DNA from: a virus
Lineage: Duplodnaviria > Caudoviricetes
Virus record (IMG/VR): IMGVR_UViG_3300032226_000683
Location: 4,568 to 68,567 of that record
Direction: 5' to 3' (one strand)
Length of the DNA: 64,000 nucleotides
Every line of letters begins with the position of its first letter. Within the stretch, counting starts at the first letter, position 1. The notes beneath the pieces are model-generated. The model saw nothing but the letters and a program-made list of their open reading frames with translations. It had not been told where the DNA came from and searched no databases. Below, in pieces: positions 54,166 to 63,529 of this stretch. A program made the translations under genes and the position numbers.

Positions 54166-54329
54166 AGGCTGACAAATACTTAGATACTTGCACGGAAGCA
54201 GAGTGCGAGTTTGTATATGAGAGGTTTTACGGCCAATCGACGCATGAATTGGTTGAAGATCTCCTAAGTTACATTGACCACGAACCTATCAAACAATTAG
54301 TCGAAAACTATAGAAAGGAAACCAAATGA
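54162..54329 (+). CDS. 55-aa hypothetical protein (not in the ORF track)
   Basis: ATGA overlaps at both ends. Confidence 0.5.
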   Translation: MKADKYLDTCTEAECEFVYERFYGQSTHELVEDLLSYIDHEPIKQLVENYRKETK

Positions 54330-54712
54330 GTTACCCAATAGAAGTCGTAGCTGAAAAGGGGACGCTCCAGCGCAGGCTGGGGCTGACCCCTATCGACCGA
54401 ACCTCAACGGCAGCCTTCCCGAAAGGGAAGGTGACCATCAGAACAAACAGAGTTCCTACCTTGTCAGAGGGCGGAGCTTATGCGTTCTACTACACTGACC
54501 CCAAAGGTTGGAGAGCAGTGTGTCACGTCGGCCCTGTGTTTGAATACACAAGCCAAGGAAGAGTTGCCAGTGATGAAATGTATTATCACTTCAATTCTGG
54601 AGTCCTGAAGAAATCTGAACTCGATGCGTTTGTCGGAACCATCAAGGCCATCGAAGCCAAAGTCGATGCCCTTATGAGAAAGGAATCCAATGGCTACCAA
54701 AACGAAATCTAG
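54326..54712 (+). CDS. Hypothetical protein
   Basis: AAGGA SD. Confidence 0.6.
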   Translation: MSYPIEVVAEKGTLQRRLGLTPIDRTSTAAFPKGKVTIRTNRVPTLSEGGAYAFYYTDPKGWRAVCHVGPVFEYTSQGRVASDEMYYHFNSGVLKKSELDAFVGTIKAIEAKVDALMRKESNGYQNEI

Positions 54713-55076
54713 TAAGAGGAAGCTGACCAAAGACGAGTTCAAGCGTATTCTTAATACGCATCGTCAGGAGAAGCCGAGCAAAGCCCAGTTCGATAGGCTC
54801 AAGATACTTGAGTTCATCGACATCTACGCTGATGAAGACCACAAGGAAAACATCATCCTAGCCGATGGCTTGGACAAAGCTTTCCTTGGGCTTGCCTATC
54901 GAGATGGTGAACACGGAGCACAAGTGGCGGTGTATGGAATCTTTTCCTGCATCCACCAACTTCAACTCGACAACAAGTGGAGCTGGGATGAAGCTGAAGA
55001 ATACTTCAACTTCAACACCCGCTGGGCTTATGTTGGCGAATATACCCCGATGTTCATCGAGGAGATGATGCGATGA
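54690..55076 (+). CDS. Conserved phage hypothetical protein
   Basis: LADGLDKAFLG...AVY...EAEEYFNFN...AYVGEYTPMF pattern. Confidence 0.7.
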   Translation: MATKTKSSKRKLTKDEFKRILNTHRQEKPSKAQFDRLKILEFIDIYADEDHKENIILADGLDKAFLGLAYRDGEHGAQVAVYGIFSCIHQLQLDNKWSWDEAEEYFNFNTRWAYVGEYTPMFIEEMMR

Positions 55077-55321
55077 CTGCCAAGCTAACACCTCAAGAGA
55101 TTAGGCAAGGCGACACCGTGTGGTGGCGCGGAAGCTTTGGCAACGATGGCTGGGAGAAGGCGAAGGTTCATAGGATTGAACTCGTTCGCCCAGGCCAAAA
55201 AGAAAACGGACTCCTTGTGCCTTGGGTGCCTACAACCATTATCGAGAACTGCGTTTTCGATCTGGACAATGGGCATTGGGCATATGGATATCAAATCAAA
55301 CCAGTGGAGGAAGCTATATGA
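55073..55321 (+). CDS. Hypothetical protein
   Basis: GDTVWWRGSFG, DLDNGHWAYG. Confidence 0.65.
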   Translation: MTAKLTPQEIRQGDTVWWRGSFGNDGWEKAKVHRIELVRPGQKENGLLVPWVPTTIIENCVFDLDNGHWAYGYQIKPVEEAI

Positions 55322-55695
55322 TCATACCAGACTTTGACAACAAGAGTGATCGCTTCGAGATCACTGAACAGGAGAGGTCGGAAAGTTGGACTCATTGGCT
55401 AGCAGTAGACAAAGAGAACAGGGTAATCCAGCAAGCGATGGACAAGGCTGAAGGATTAATAGTCCTCCAGAGAACCCATACGCTTGATGGAAGACGTGTT
55501 CACAAAGTTGTGGACACTGGTTCCCTCGAGATTGACGGTGTTGACGGCAGAGATGCTCCAGACTTCTCCGACGCCTACTTCAGTGCTGGTCAGTTTAAAG
55601 ACGGCACTGATATGACGGACGAAGAACTCAACGAGCTAGCCGCCGAGCATCCCGATCTTTTATACGAGAAGATCTACCACTACGCGTCGGACTAA
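55318..55695 (+). CDS. Acidic hypothetical protein
   Basis: IDGVDGRDAPDFSDAY motif; GGAGG SD. Confidence 0.65.
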   Translation: MIIPDFDNKSDRFEITEQERSESWTHWLAVDKENRVIQQAMDKAEGLIVLQRTHTLDGRRVHKVVDTGSLEIDGVDGRDAPDFSDAYFSAGQFKDGTDMTDEELNELAAEHPDLLYEKIYHYASD

Positions 55696-55705
55696 AGGAG
55701 GATAT

Positions 55706-55918
55706 ATGAAGAAACCATTACTTATTACAGTCGAGCAAGGACTCGTACATGGGTACAGACTTCCCAGGGGAGTCGATGTTCTTGTTGTTGACTTAGATAC
55801 TGCAAAGCACGAAGGGCAAGAAACAAAAGCTAGGCGTTGGCTCAGGAGAGTATCAGACGGTTCTTCCCCAGAAACAACATCCGAAGAGATTGGTTGGGGA
55901 GAGTGGGAAAGATTATGA
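55706..55918 (+). CDS. Hypothetical protein
   Basis: AAGGAGG SD. Confidence 0.6.
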   Translation: MKKPLLITVEQGLVHGYRLPRGVDVLVVDLDTAKHEGQETKARRWLRRVSDGSSPETTSEEIGWGEWERL

Positions 55919-56127
55919 GATTCTTCTACCACTTCAACAAACCTTTGACGCAACGACGCAAAGATATCTGGTGGACAATCCACTACCAGAACCAGTGCGT
56001 CCCCATCAAGGGCTTTGACTGTCGTGTGGCTACACACGATCGAAAACGCAAGAAGCAACCACTCGCAGTTGTATGGGGCGATGCCAGTAGCATCGTCATT
56101 CAGAACGACCGCGCAATCATTACATAA
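55915..56127 (+). CDS. Hypothetical protein
   Basis: RFFYHFNKP; ATGA overlap. Confidence 0.6.
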   Translation: MRFFYHFNKPLTQRRKDIWWTIHYQNQCVPIKGFDCRVATHDRKRKKQPLAVVWGDASSIVIQNDRAIIT

Positions 56128-56237
56128 GGAGATTATATGACAGAAGCTGAACAGAAAGAAATTCTGGCTAGAATCACCATTGATGAATGGCTAGGCAAGA
56201 TGGAAAACGAACGAAAACTAAACGAAAGGAAGACATC

Positions 56238-56540
56238 ATGAAAAAGAAAAAAGCAAAGGTAACAGAGAGAGTTATGACGATCGACAGGAAAGACGGAAAC
56301 CTCAACGGAGTTCCATTTATTCAGTTCCTCGTAGCGATGCAAGGGCTGGAAGCTTTGAATCGTGGAATGATGTTGACTCGAACAGCAACCTCGGGTCGTT
56401 GTATGGAGATTATATCCCAGATAACGGGGAATAAATACAAACGAACTGACAGGAACAAAGCGTTGTATGATGCGGAAGTAATCATGCATGCGCTTCGTGA
56501 AGAGAAGAGACAGCTAGCCGAGGACGCGGCACTCGCATGA
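56238..56540 (+). CDS. Hypothetical protein
   Basis: AAGGA SD. Confidence 0.6.
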   Translation: MKKKKAKVTERVMTIDRKDGNLNGVPFIQFLVAMQGLEALNRGMMLTRTATSGRCMEIISQITGNKYKRTDRNKALYDAEVIMHALREEKRQLAEDAALA

Positions 56541-56863
56541 GAATCGAAGTCGAGAAGGATGATGTTAAGTTCGAATACGACGGCAAGAAGTATTCGGTAA
56601 CTGGCACAGCTATCCACAATACCGAGAAGGAAGACATCGGTATTGGTTCTTATGAGTTCTGGGGTTCGCGTGGTTATGACAGCCAGATTGTCAACCAAAG
56701 CGAGTTCTCGGAATGTGAGTTCGATAGCTTGGCAATCTATCCAGACGAAGGAATGGAAGAAGTTCCAGAACCTTCTAAAGAACTTGTCGAGGCTGCGCAG
56801 GAAGCTTTGTATCAAGCGACCTACGAAATCGCGGAAGAGCGGGCTGTCGAGTTAAGCGACTAA
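56537..56863 (+). CDS. Highly acidic hypothetical protein
   Basis: GIGSYEFWG motif; D/E-rich. Confidence 0.65.
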   Translation: MRIEVEKDDVKFEYDGKKYSVTGTAIHNTEKEDIGIGSYEFWGSRGYDSQIVNQSEFSECEFDSLAIYPDEGMEEVPEPSKELVEAAQEALYQATYEIAEERAVELSD

Positions 56864-56877
56864 GAAAGGAGGTTTGT

Positions 56878-57054
56878 ATGGCAAAATTCAAAGTTGAAAT
56901 CAATACGGACAACGCGGCTTTCGGGGATAACCCCGAGCTTGAGTTATCCAGGATTTTGAGTGAATTGTCTTTTGATGTTGCTGAAGATCAGCGCGAAGAA
57001 TATAACATTCGCGACGAAAACGGCAACACTGTTGGCAAAGCTATTTGGTCTTGA
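56878..57054 (+). CDS. 58-aa phage protein (not in the ORF track)
   Basis: MAKFKVEINTDNAAFGDNPELELSRIL...RDENGNTVG; AAGGAGG SD. Confidence 0.7.
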   Translation: MAKFKVEINTDNAAFGDNPELELSRILSELSFDVAEDQREEYNIRDENGNTVGKAIWS

Positions 57055-57059
57055 TGGTC

Positions 57060-57114
57060 AGACCCCGCACGCCTGATGAGGGCGTGTCGGTCTGCCCGTG
57101 TGGGCGGAAACAAA
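57060..57114 (+). ncRNA. Repeated structured intergenic element, copy 2
   Basis: AGAC-N3-stem/7-nt loop-N2-GTCT overlapping TCTGCCC-GTGT-GGGCGGA-AACAAA. Confidence 0.5.
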
Positions 57115-57140
57115 CGAAAACCAAAATGAAAGGACACAAT

Positions 57141-57458
57141 ATGGAACTAACAATACCATCAGAAGTGGTAGATGAGTTCGGTCGGGCGACCGAGTGGCTC
57201 AAGCTATCCAATGAGAAACGCAAAGAGTATCGGAGTCTATTCCTAGAATCCGCGAAGCAAGGAATCAAAAGCTGGGTAGGCCAGCACTTCACGGTTCAGA
57301 TGGATGAGCACGATAAGGCAAGACTTGCCAAACCTTTGCTCAAATCCAACCTGCTCAAGTATCTGACGCCAGAGCAAGTGAACCACATTATCGATGCCTC
57401 AACAGTATCGAGCGAAGAGTGGCACTTTACGGCGCGAAGGATTCCGACAGGTGAGTGA
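57141..57458 (+). CDS. Hypothetical protein
   Basis: AAGGA SD. Confidence 0.6.
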   Translation: MELTIPSEVVDEFGRATEWLKLSNEKRKEYRSLFLESAKQGIKSWVGQHFTVQMDEHDKARLAKPLLKSNLLKYLTPEQVNHIIDASTVSSEEWHFTARRIPTGE

Positions 57459-57660
57459 GGCCGTAAAGATTGCAAACGAGATAACAAAGTGGGATGGCTA
57501 CGCTTTGTTTGACAAAGACAATGTATTAATCAACGACCAGTTATTCACACACTACGAACGGGCGCAGAAAATTGCTTCCTGTTACGAGAATGGTGAAGCC
57601 ATCATCTGGAAAGTTGAACTGAACAGAAAGGAAAAAGTCAATGATAATTACGTCATCTAG
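57451..57660 (+). CDS. Hypothetical protein
   Basis: GTG start overlapping the upstream stop. Confidence 0.5.
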   Translation: MSEAVKIANEITKWDGYALFDKDNVLINDQLFTHYERAQKIASCYENGEAIIWKVELNRKEKVNDNYVI

Positions 57661-59986
57661 AAACACGCCAGTATCAAGCGGGGTTACCGACACGATCGAT
57701 TACAAGATCGATGTGTCCAACCTCGGTCACATCGCCAGTATCTTACGCAAAGCTTACTCTGACCCGATCAGAGCGGTTGTGCGTGAGTATGGCACCAATG
57801 CCTGCGAGGGTCACATCCTCAATGGTAAAACCAACAAGCCCATCCAAGTCTCGCTTCCGACTGGTATGAAGCCAGTCTTCACGATTCGTGACTTCGGCCC
57901 TGGACTTGGCAAGGAGAAGTTCCAAGAGTTGTTCTGCTCGTATGGCGGTAGCGACAAGCGGACAAGCAACGCCTTCACTGGCTGTCTTGGTATCGGTTGC
58001 AAATCGTATGGTGCCTACACAGATGCCATCACGGTAACTGATTACAACGGAGTTACCCCCCACAAAGACGGAGTCAAGCGCATCTGGAATTGTCACATCG
58101 ACGAGAGTGAGGTGGGTAAGGCATCGCTGTTAAGCGAGACCAAGACCAACGAACCCTCTGGTGTTGAGATCTCGATTCCAGTTCGGCCACAAGACATTAG
58201 TAGATTCCGCGAAACTGCGATGCAAGTCTATCGTGTCTTTGATGTCCGTCCTGACATCGTTAACCTATCGCCAGAAGAGAAGAAAGCATATGCCGCTCAG
58301 ACATACAAGGATGGCATTATCAAAGGAACCAACTGGTCTTTCAATGGTGAAGGTCAAAGCTGGCTCCAGATGGGTCTTGTGCTTTACCCGCTCAAGTCCG
58401 ACTTCTCTGGCTCACCAGTAATCAAGCAGTTGATTGACGCTGGAGTCTACGTGAGGGTCGATCTTGGCGATGTCCAAGTCGCTCCGTCTCGTGAGGACTT
58501 GCAGTATTCGCAGAAGACAATCCAAGGCTTGGTCAAGCATCTCAATCCAGTCATTGACTCGATGGGGTCGACCTTGCTTGCGGATATTCAAGCGGCTCCA
58601 GACTTCTTCCAAGCTCACATGATCTTGCGTAGATTCACTGGCACTGGCGGATATAGTTCCTCCAGTTTCCGTGAGGGCATCGTCAAGAAGCTGAAAGGCA
58701 AGCTGAAGTGGAAGGGAATCGCTATGTATGATGACAATCGAATTCCTCTATGTGTCTCGCCTCTCAAGAAAGATCAGACTGAAATCGAGTTGCTTAGATC
58801 TCACGGCATCACTGCTATGAGCATAGGCAAGCGTAGTTGGGGCAAGGCTAGGTTCAATGTCGATCGCTCCGTTGACGAGCTGATTGTCCACAAGGACACA
58901 CTCGTCATGATCAACGATACTGGCACTGGCTCTGGTGAAGCTCGCGTTCGTCACTGGTTGATGAACGGTGGTCCGTCTGGCGCGACCGTGACTATCATCA
59001 ACTTCAAAAACGGTGGCAAGGAGTTTCTCAACAAGACTCTGCCGTGGTTTGCAACGACGACATTCCAACAGGTGTCGTCTCTACCAATGCCCCCACCGAA
59101 GCAGAAAGGTGTGGGCGCAGACGGAGTTGAGGTTGAATACGACAAGAATGTCAAACACACCAAGGGGAATGTGTTTGGCTTATATGCCAAGTATCAACGC
59201 CAAGACAAGCGTAGTGACTATTGGGGAATCTCAGCAGTACCTACGACTGGCAAGAAAGTCTACGTAACACTCGACCAATTCAAGTGGTCAATGCCTGGTA
59301 AGGACTACGAGATGGAGGAGTATTATCCTCTGTATCGGGCAAAAGAATACTTGAAGGCAATCGGGTATTGCGATCAAATCTATGGCGTGAAGGAAGCTGA
59401 TGTCGACAAGAAGGTTGATGCAACTTGGACTAAATTACAGGATGCAATCGAGCAGGGGACACAAGCCTTCCTCAAGGCTAATCCCGATAAGGCTCAGAAG
59501 ATTGCTGATCGTTATGCTGTCTTGAGTTTCTTCAACTCTCGATCGGTATACAACAGCGATCGTTTTAGGAAAGAAGGATGCTTCTTTGAGCGATGCTCGC
59601 TTGGTCGTTGGGTCGGCAATTCCAAGATTAGTCTACTCAAAGACATCAAGTCAGACAGCCCATTCCGAATCTTTATGGACAAGGTTCTGGAGATGTCTGG
59701 AGGATGCGCAGAAGAAGGAGACAAAGACTTGCCAGTCTGGCTTGAAGAACCACAGAATACTTGGGCTCTTGGCCGATCGAATAACGATGATAAGAAAGGT
59801 GTATACCAACAACTCAAAGCGTCGTTGCCTAAACCTTCTTATGATCTGAAAGGTGAGGGAACTGCAATAGCTTCGAGGTATCCATTACTTTGCCACAGTA
59901 ACTGGCAATCAGATGTAATGGAATATCCAACCGAACACACTGTCGAGTATGTGCATCTTGTAGATGCAGCTCGCAAAACAAAATAA
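57641..59986 (+). CDS. rIIA: rIIA-like protein (GHKL/HSP90-like ATPase N-terminus)
   Basis: YSDPIRAVVRE..TNA, IRDFGPGL, SDKRTSN..TGCLGIGCKS; followed by rIIB. Confidence 0.85.
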   Translation: MIITSSRNTPVSSGVTDTIDYKIDVSNLGHIASILRKAYSDPIRAVVREYGTNACEGHILNGKTNKPIQVSLPTGMKPVFTIRDFGPGLGKEKFQELFCSYGGSDKRTSNAFTGCLGIGCKSYGAYTDAITVTDYNGVTPHKDGVKRIWNCHIDESEVGKASLLSETKTNEPSGVEISIPVRPQDISRFRETAMQVYRVFDVRPDIVNLSPEEKKAYAAQTYKDGIIKGTNWSFNGEGQSWLQMGLVLYPLKSDFSGSPVIKQLIDAGVYVRVDLGDVQVAPSREDLQYSQKTIQGLVKHLNPVIDSMGSTLLADIQAAPDFFQAHMILRRFTGTGGYSSSSFREGIVKKLKGKLKWKGIAMYDDNRIPLCVSPLKKDQTEIELLRSHGITAMSIGKRSWGKARFNVDRSVDELIVHKDTLVMINDTGTGSGEARVRHWLMNGGPSGATVTIINFKNGGKEFLNKTLPWFATTTFQQVSSLPMPPPKQKGVGADGVEVEYDKNVKHTKGNVFGLYAKYQRQDKRSDYWGISAVPTTGKKVYVTLDQFKWSMPGKDYEMEEYYPLYRAKEYLKAIGYCDQIYGVKEADVDKKVDATWTKLQDAIEQGTQAFLKANPDKAQKIADRYAVLSFFNSRSVYNSDRFRKEGCFFERCSLGRWVGNSKISLLKDIKSDSPFRIFMDKVLEMSGGCAEEGDKDLPVWLEEPQNTWALGRSNNDDKKGVYQQLKASLPKPSYDLKGEGTAIASRYPLLCHSNWQSDVMEYPTEHTVEYVHLVDAARKTK

Positions 59987-60007
59987 AAACGAAAGGACAC
60001 AGTAAGT

Positions 60008-60859
60008 ATGAACTACATCATAACTGACGAAACAATAACAGCGGTCATCAACGGGAAGTCTCACACTATCCGTCGTGACCACGCAAATGCAAAGATGGTA
60101 ATCAACGCGATCGCAGAGGGTCGTGCGGAGGGTGACATCGAGCAATTGATGGACATCACCAACGCACTCAATGCGTATCTCGGCAACTCCGTCGAGGTGA
60201 AAGACGGTTCGGTGTATCACCGCGGTGAGATCGTTGACGAGCGTATCGCCAAACGAATCCTCAACTTTATGCAGGAGAGTCTACCAGTGGAACCGATGAC
60301 TCGGTTCTTGGAGAATCTCTACAACAATCCGAGCCACAATAGTCGTGCTCAACTCTACCAATTCTTGGAGCACAAGAACATGCCGATCACTGAGGACGGC
60401 TGTTTCTTGGCCTACAAGTCGGTTGACCAAGACTATATGGACCACCACACTGGCAAGTTCTCTAACCGAGTCGGCCAGGTGTTGAGCATCGCTCGTCGCA
60501 GTGTGGACGACAATCCCGAGAACGGATGTTCTTACGGATTCCACGCTGGCTCGCTCGAGTACGCCAGCAACTTCGGTGGTGGTGATCGTCGGGTCGTGAT
60601 CGTCAAGATCAACCCCGAGGATGTGGTGTCGGTGCCCAATGACTGCGAGTTCCAGAAGCTTCGCACTGCCAAGTACGAGGTTGTTGCGGACTACACGGGC
60701 CCGCTACCCAAGACATACGCTGAGTCGTATGACTCTACAGAAGATGACATCTATGAAGAGGACGATGTCGAAACCGATGAAGCTGACAGCGATGACAGCC
60801 TTGTTACGGCCATCCGTACCGCGGCTCGCCAGTTGCTTGACGCAGTAGAGAATCGCTAA
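60008..60859 (+). CDS. rIIB: rIIB-like protein
   Basis: PITEDGCFLAYKSV, CSYGFHAGS, KINPEDVVSVP, YEVV. Confidence 0.85.
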   Translation: MNYIITDETITAVINGKSHTIRRDHANAKMVINAIAEGRAEGDIEQLMDITNALNAYLGNSVEVKDGSVYHRGEIVDERIAKRILNFMQESLPVEPMTRFLENLYNNPSHNSRAQLYQFLEHKNMPITEDGCFLAYKSVDQDYMDHHTGKFSNRVGQVLSIARRSVDDNPENGCSYGFHAGSLEYASNFGGGDRRVVIVKINPEDVVSVPNDCEFQKLRTAKYEVVADYTGPLPKTYAESYDSTEDDIYEEDDVETDEADSDDSLVTAIRTAARQLLDAVENR

Positions 60860-60865
60860 TCATTC

Positions 60866-60894
60866 GGGGCGGGTGGGCAAATCCCATCCGCCCC
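60866..60894 (+). terminator. GC-rich hairpin after rIIB
   Basis: GGGGCGGGTGGG-CAAAT-CCCATCCGCCCC; no clear U-tract. Confidence 0.45.
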
Positions 60895-61064
60895 ACTTGA
60901 AAGGAAATTATGAAGATTAAATATATGACTAAAGAAAACTTGATTAAGAAACTTGAAGACCTACGGACGTCTTATCCAAAAACGGATGAGCGACCTGCGA
61001 AAGGCGACGAATCCGCTAGCCTATACGCGAAACACATTGTGGAAGAACTAGCGAGGAGATCATA

Positions 61065-61340
61065 ATGGAAGCCATCTATACAGGTAAGCAAGCTCGTGAC
61101 ATCGCGGGAACTAAGTTCCCCTATGGCTTGGGCTGGCATAAAGACGATGCGTCAATCATCGAAACATTGAAGCTTCGAGGCGGAGACGCTTCGACTCTTC
61201 TTGCCGAATGGTGTGAGGCAACTGGATTGGACAGCAACAGCAATCTGGTCCGCAAGGAACGGTTCGAAGGTAAGAAACCTTGGAATCAAAAAGATGAGAA
61301 CAAGAAGATCTACACTCGTGAAATCAGACTCTCTGTTTAA
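61065..61340 (+). CDS. Hypothetical protein
   Basis: GAGGAG SD. Confidence 0.55.
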   Translation: MEAIYTGKQARDIAGTKFPYGLGWHKDDASIIETLKLRGGDASTLLAEWCEATGLDSNSNLVRKERFEGKKPWNQKDENKKIYTREIRLSV

Positions 61341-61968
61341 AAATAAAAAAGAGGCGGAGAAGATAGTCGGCACTCTATCTAAGCCTTCCAAAATGCCTGG
61401 GTTCGCATACTCGACCCCAGCTAAACACTGCCTCATTGGGCAGAAAATGAGGAAGGTTGCGGGTAGTATCTGTGCGTTTTGTTACGCACTGAAGGGGCGT
61501 TATGTGTTTCCAAACGTCATTGCGGCGATGGAAAAACGTTTCAAGTCTCTGACTGACCCGCTCTGGGTGAGCGCCATCTCGTATCTAATCGGAGGACGTA
61601 AGAATTCTTATTTCCGCTGGCATGATTCGGGAGATCTTCAAGGTGTATGGCATCTAAAGAATATTGTTGAGGTAGCAAACAACCTACCAAACATTTTCTT
61701 TTGGTTGCCGACCCGTGAGTATGCCTTTGTATCAAGTTACATTGAGCAAGGTGGATTGGTTCCAGACAATCTATGCATTCGGTTGTCGGCTCTAATGATG
61801 GATGGCCCTGCCCCAGAGGGCATAGCCAAACGTCTTGGGTTGACAGTATCGGGTGCCAGCATGACTGGTAACTTTAACTGCCCATCCTCGAAGCAAGGAA
61901 ACAAATGCGGTTCATGCCGTAAATGTTGGGATAAAAATGTATTCGCAATTGATTACAAAAAGCATTAA
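61294..61968 (+). CDS. GP88-family (radical-SAM-like, Cys-rich) protein
   Basis: LSKPSKMPG, C..CYALKG, FRWHDSGD, WLPTRE, CP...CGSCRKCW; start uncertain. Confidence 0.75.
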   Translation: MRTRRSTLVKSDSLFKNKKEAEKIVGTLSKPSKMPGFAYSTPAKHCLIGQKMRKVAGSICAFCYALKGRYVFPNVIAAMEKRFKSLTDPLWVSAISYLIGGRKNSYFRWHDSGDLQGVWHLKNIVEVANNLPNIFFWLPTREYAFVSSYIEQGGLVPDNLCIRLSALMMDGPAPEGIAKRLGLTVSGASMTGNFNCPSSKQGNKCGSCRKCWDKNVFAIDYKKH

Positions 61969-62100
61969 ATCGTTAACCCTAAGTTTACTTTTGGTTAACG
62001 CAATGATGGACTGCGTTCCTGATAAGTTCTGGCCTGTGTGGGCTAGACCTGGGAACGACAACATCATATCCAGAATTAAAATATTTGGAGAAAGGCACGT

Positions 62101-62319
62101 ATGAGTCTAATAAATCGAGCATCAGTTAAGCGGTCAGCTCTGGACATGGCGAGCGCCAAGTTCAAGGAGCGGAACAAGACGAGGATGGAAATGGGGCTTG
62201 CCCCTACGAAGTCTGCCCCGTCGAGAGTTAGTAGTGAATTCATCGATACCTTCGAAGCCAAGGTCATTGGCTTGTTGAGTGTTATGGTTCACGAGCACAA
62301 GTCAGGAGCAACACTATGA
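62101..62319 (+). CDS. Hypothetical protein
   Basis: SLINRASVKR...SRVSSEFID. Confidence 0.6.
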   Translation: MSLINRASVKRSALDMASAKFKERNKTRMEMGLAPTKSAPSRVSSEFIDTFEAKVIGLLSVMVHEHKSGATL

Positions 62320-62476
62320 GTAAAACAAAAAAAATAACACCAAGGATGGTTGAAGATTGGTTAATAGAAATGGATGATGTCTATTACATTTTAGCCGATA
62401 TAGCCAATGGAAAAATTAAACCATCAGAGTTAAAGTCAGACATTTCAATCTATATAGATAACGAAAGGAGCTCACG

Positions 62477-62701
62477 ATGAATTGTTATTGTATTACAAAA
62501 CCAACGGAACAAAAGTTCCTATCGATCGATGAAACGTGGGTGGACTTTATCACGGGTATCCGTAATGACTCCATCCGAGGCTATACCTCCGAGGAGATGG
62601 AAGCCTTGAACAACGATGCAACGAAGCATGGAGGCGAGGTGCGACAGCATCCGTCTCCCGACGGAGTCACACTCCCCTTGTTTTATGACTGGGGTACGTG
62701 A
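62477..62701 (+). CDS. Hypothetical protein
   Basis: AAGGAG SD. Confidence 0.55.
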   Translation: MNCYCITKPTEQKFLSIDETWVDFITGIRNDSIRGYTSEEMEALNNDATKHGGEVRQHPSPDGVTLPLFYDWGT

Positions 62702-63323
62702 AGTATTTGAGGGACTGAAGTCCCGAGAGGTCAGCCGTTACGTCAATTACTGGGACAAGATTAAACCCAAGTCCCGTGAAGACGAATGGCGCTTCTGGAT
62801 ATTCTCGATTCTCGCGGCCAACTTCGGTTGGAAGCAGAACGTGAAAGCCTTTAACGCAATCAAGAATCGCGACTCGTGGAAGTCCGACCTTGGCAAGCTA
62901 CAGTTCGAACTGTATCAAACAAAGACTGGACTGTGGCGAACGAAAGCCGTGAGCATCTGGAAGTTTGATCAGATGTTTGCAGCCAAGCCCCACATCTTCG
63001 AGCGTTATCCCAATGAGCCGTTGATGCAATACCGTGACAGGATTGCCGACAACGTCCCAGGATTGGCGATTGCCAAGTCAAGCTTCTATGTGGAGATGAA
63101 ACATCACGAAGAGTCAAACGTTGTTTGCCTCGATCGTCGTGTGCTTAAGTCTATCCACAAGAGGGATAGGAACGTGAACAGGACTGACTACCTCGCGCTT
63201 GAGAACGAGTGGCAGACCTGCTCACAGGAGTACGGTATCCCAGCGGCCTCCGCCAGATTCATCTGGTGGGACAAGTTGCAGGGGTATAAAAATAGTCGGT
63301 ATTGGAGTGAGGTATTAGAATGA
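62685..63323 (+). CDS. HhH DNA glycosylase/lyase (Ogg-like)
   Basis: VPGLAIAKSSF (HhH with Lys), VCLDRRVL (Asp), YLALE; start uncertain. Confidence 0.7.
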   Translation: MTGVREVFEGLKSREVSRYVNYWDKIKPKSREDEWRFWIFSILAANFGWKQNVKAFNAIKNRDSWKSDLGKLQFELYQTKTGLWRTKAVSIWKFDQMFAAKPHIFERYPNEPLMQYRDRIADNVPGLAIAKSSFYVEMKHHEESNVVCLDRRVLKSIHKRDRNVNRTDYLALENEWQTCSQEYGIPAASARFIWWDKLQGYKNSRYWSEVLE

Positions 63324-63529
63324 ATATGAAAAAAGTAAATGGTGAGATTCTTTGGGGCGCTGGTGACAGCATCCATAAGGTCTCATTTAACGCAGTAGTG
63401 GACACAGCCAAGGAAAAGGTCGACAGCCTTAAACTTGAACTGGACCCGCAGTTCCTTGATGACGTTCTTCAGAACGTGTACAAGGCGGGTGCAGACGAAG
63501 CCCTCCGATTGGCCGCTGTCCACGGATGA
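63320..63529 (+). CDS. Hypothetical protein
   Basis: GAGG SD, ATGA overlap. Confidence 0.5.
   Translation: MNMKKVNGEILWGAGDSIHKVSFNAVVDTAKEKVDSLKLELDPQFLDDVLQNVYKAGADEALRLAAVHG

Noticed and set aside
57073-57111. Hammerhead-like CTGATGAG...GAAAC
   Set aside because: CTGATGA lies in a hairpin loop, stem II is not directly followed by GAAA, no proper stem III forms, and the sister copy at 53170 lacks CTGATGA
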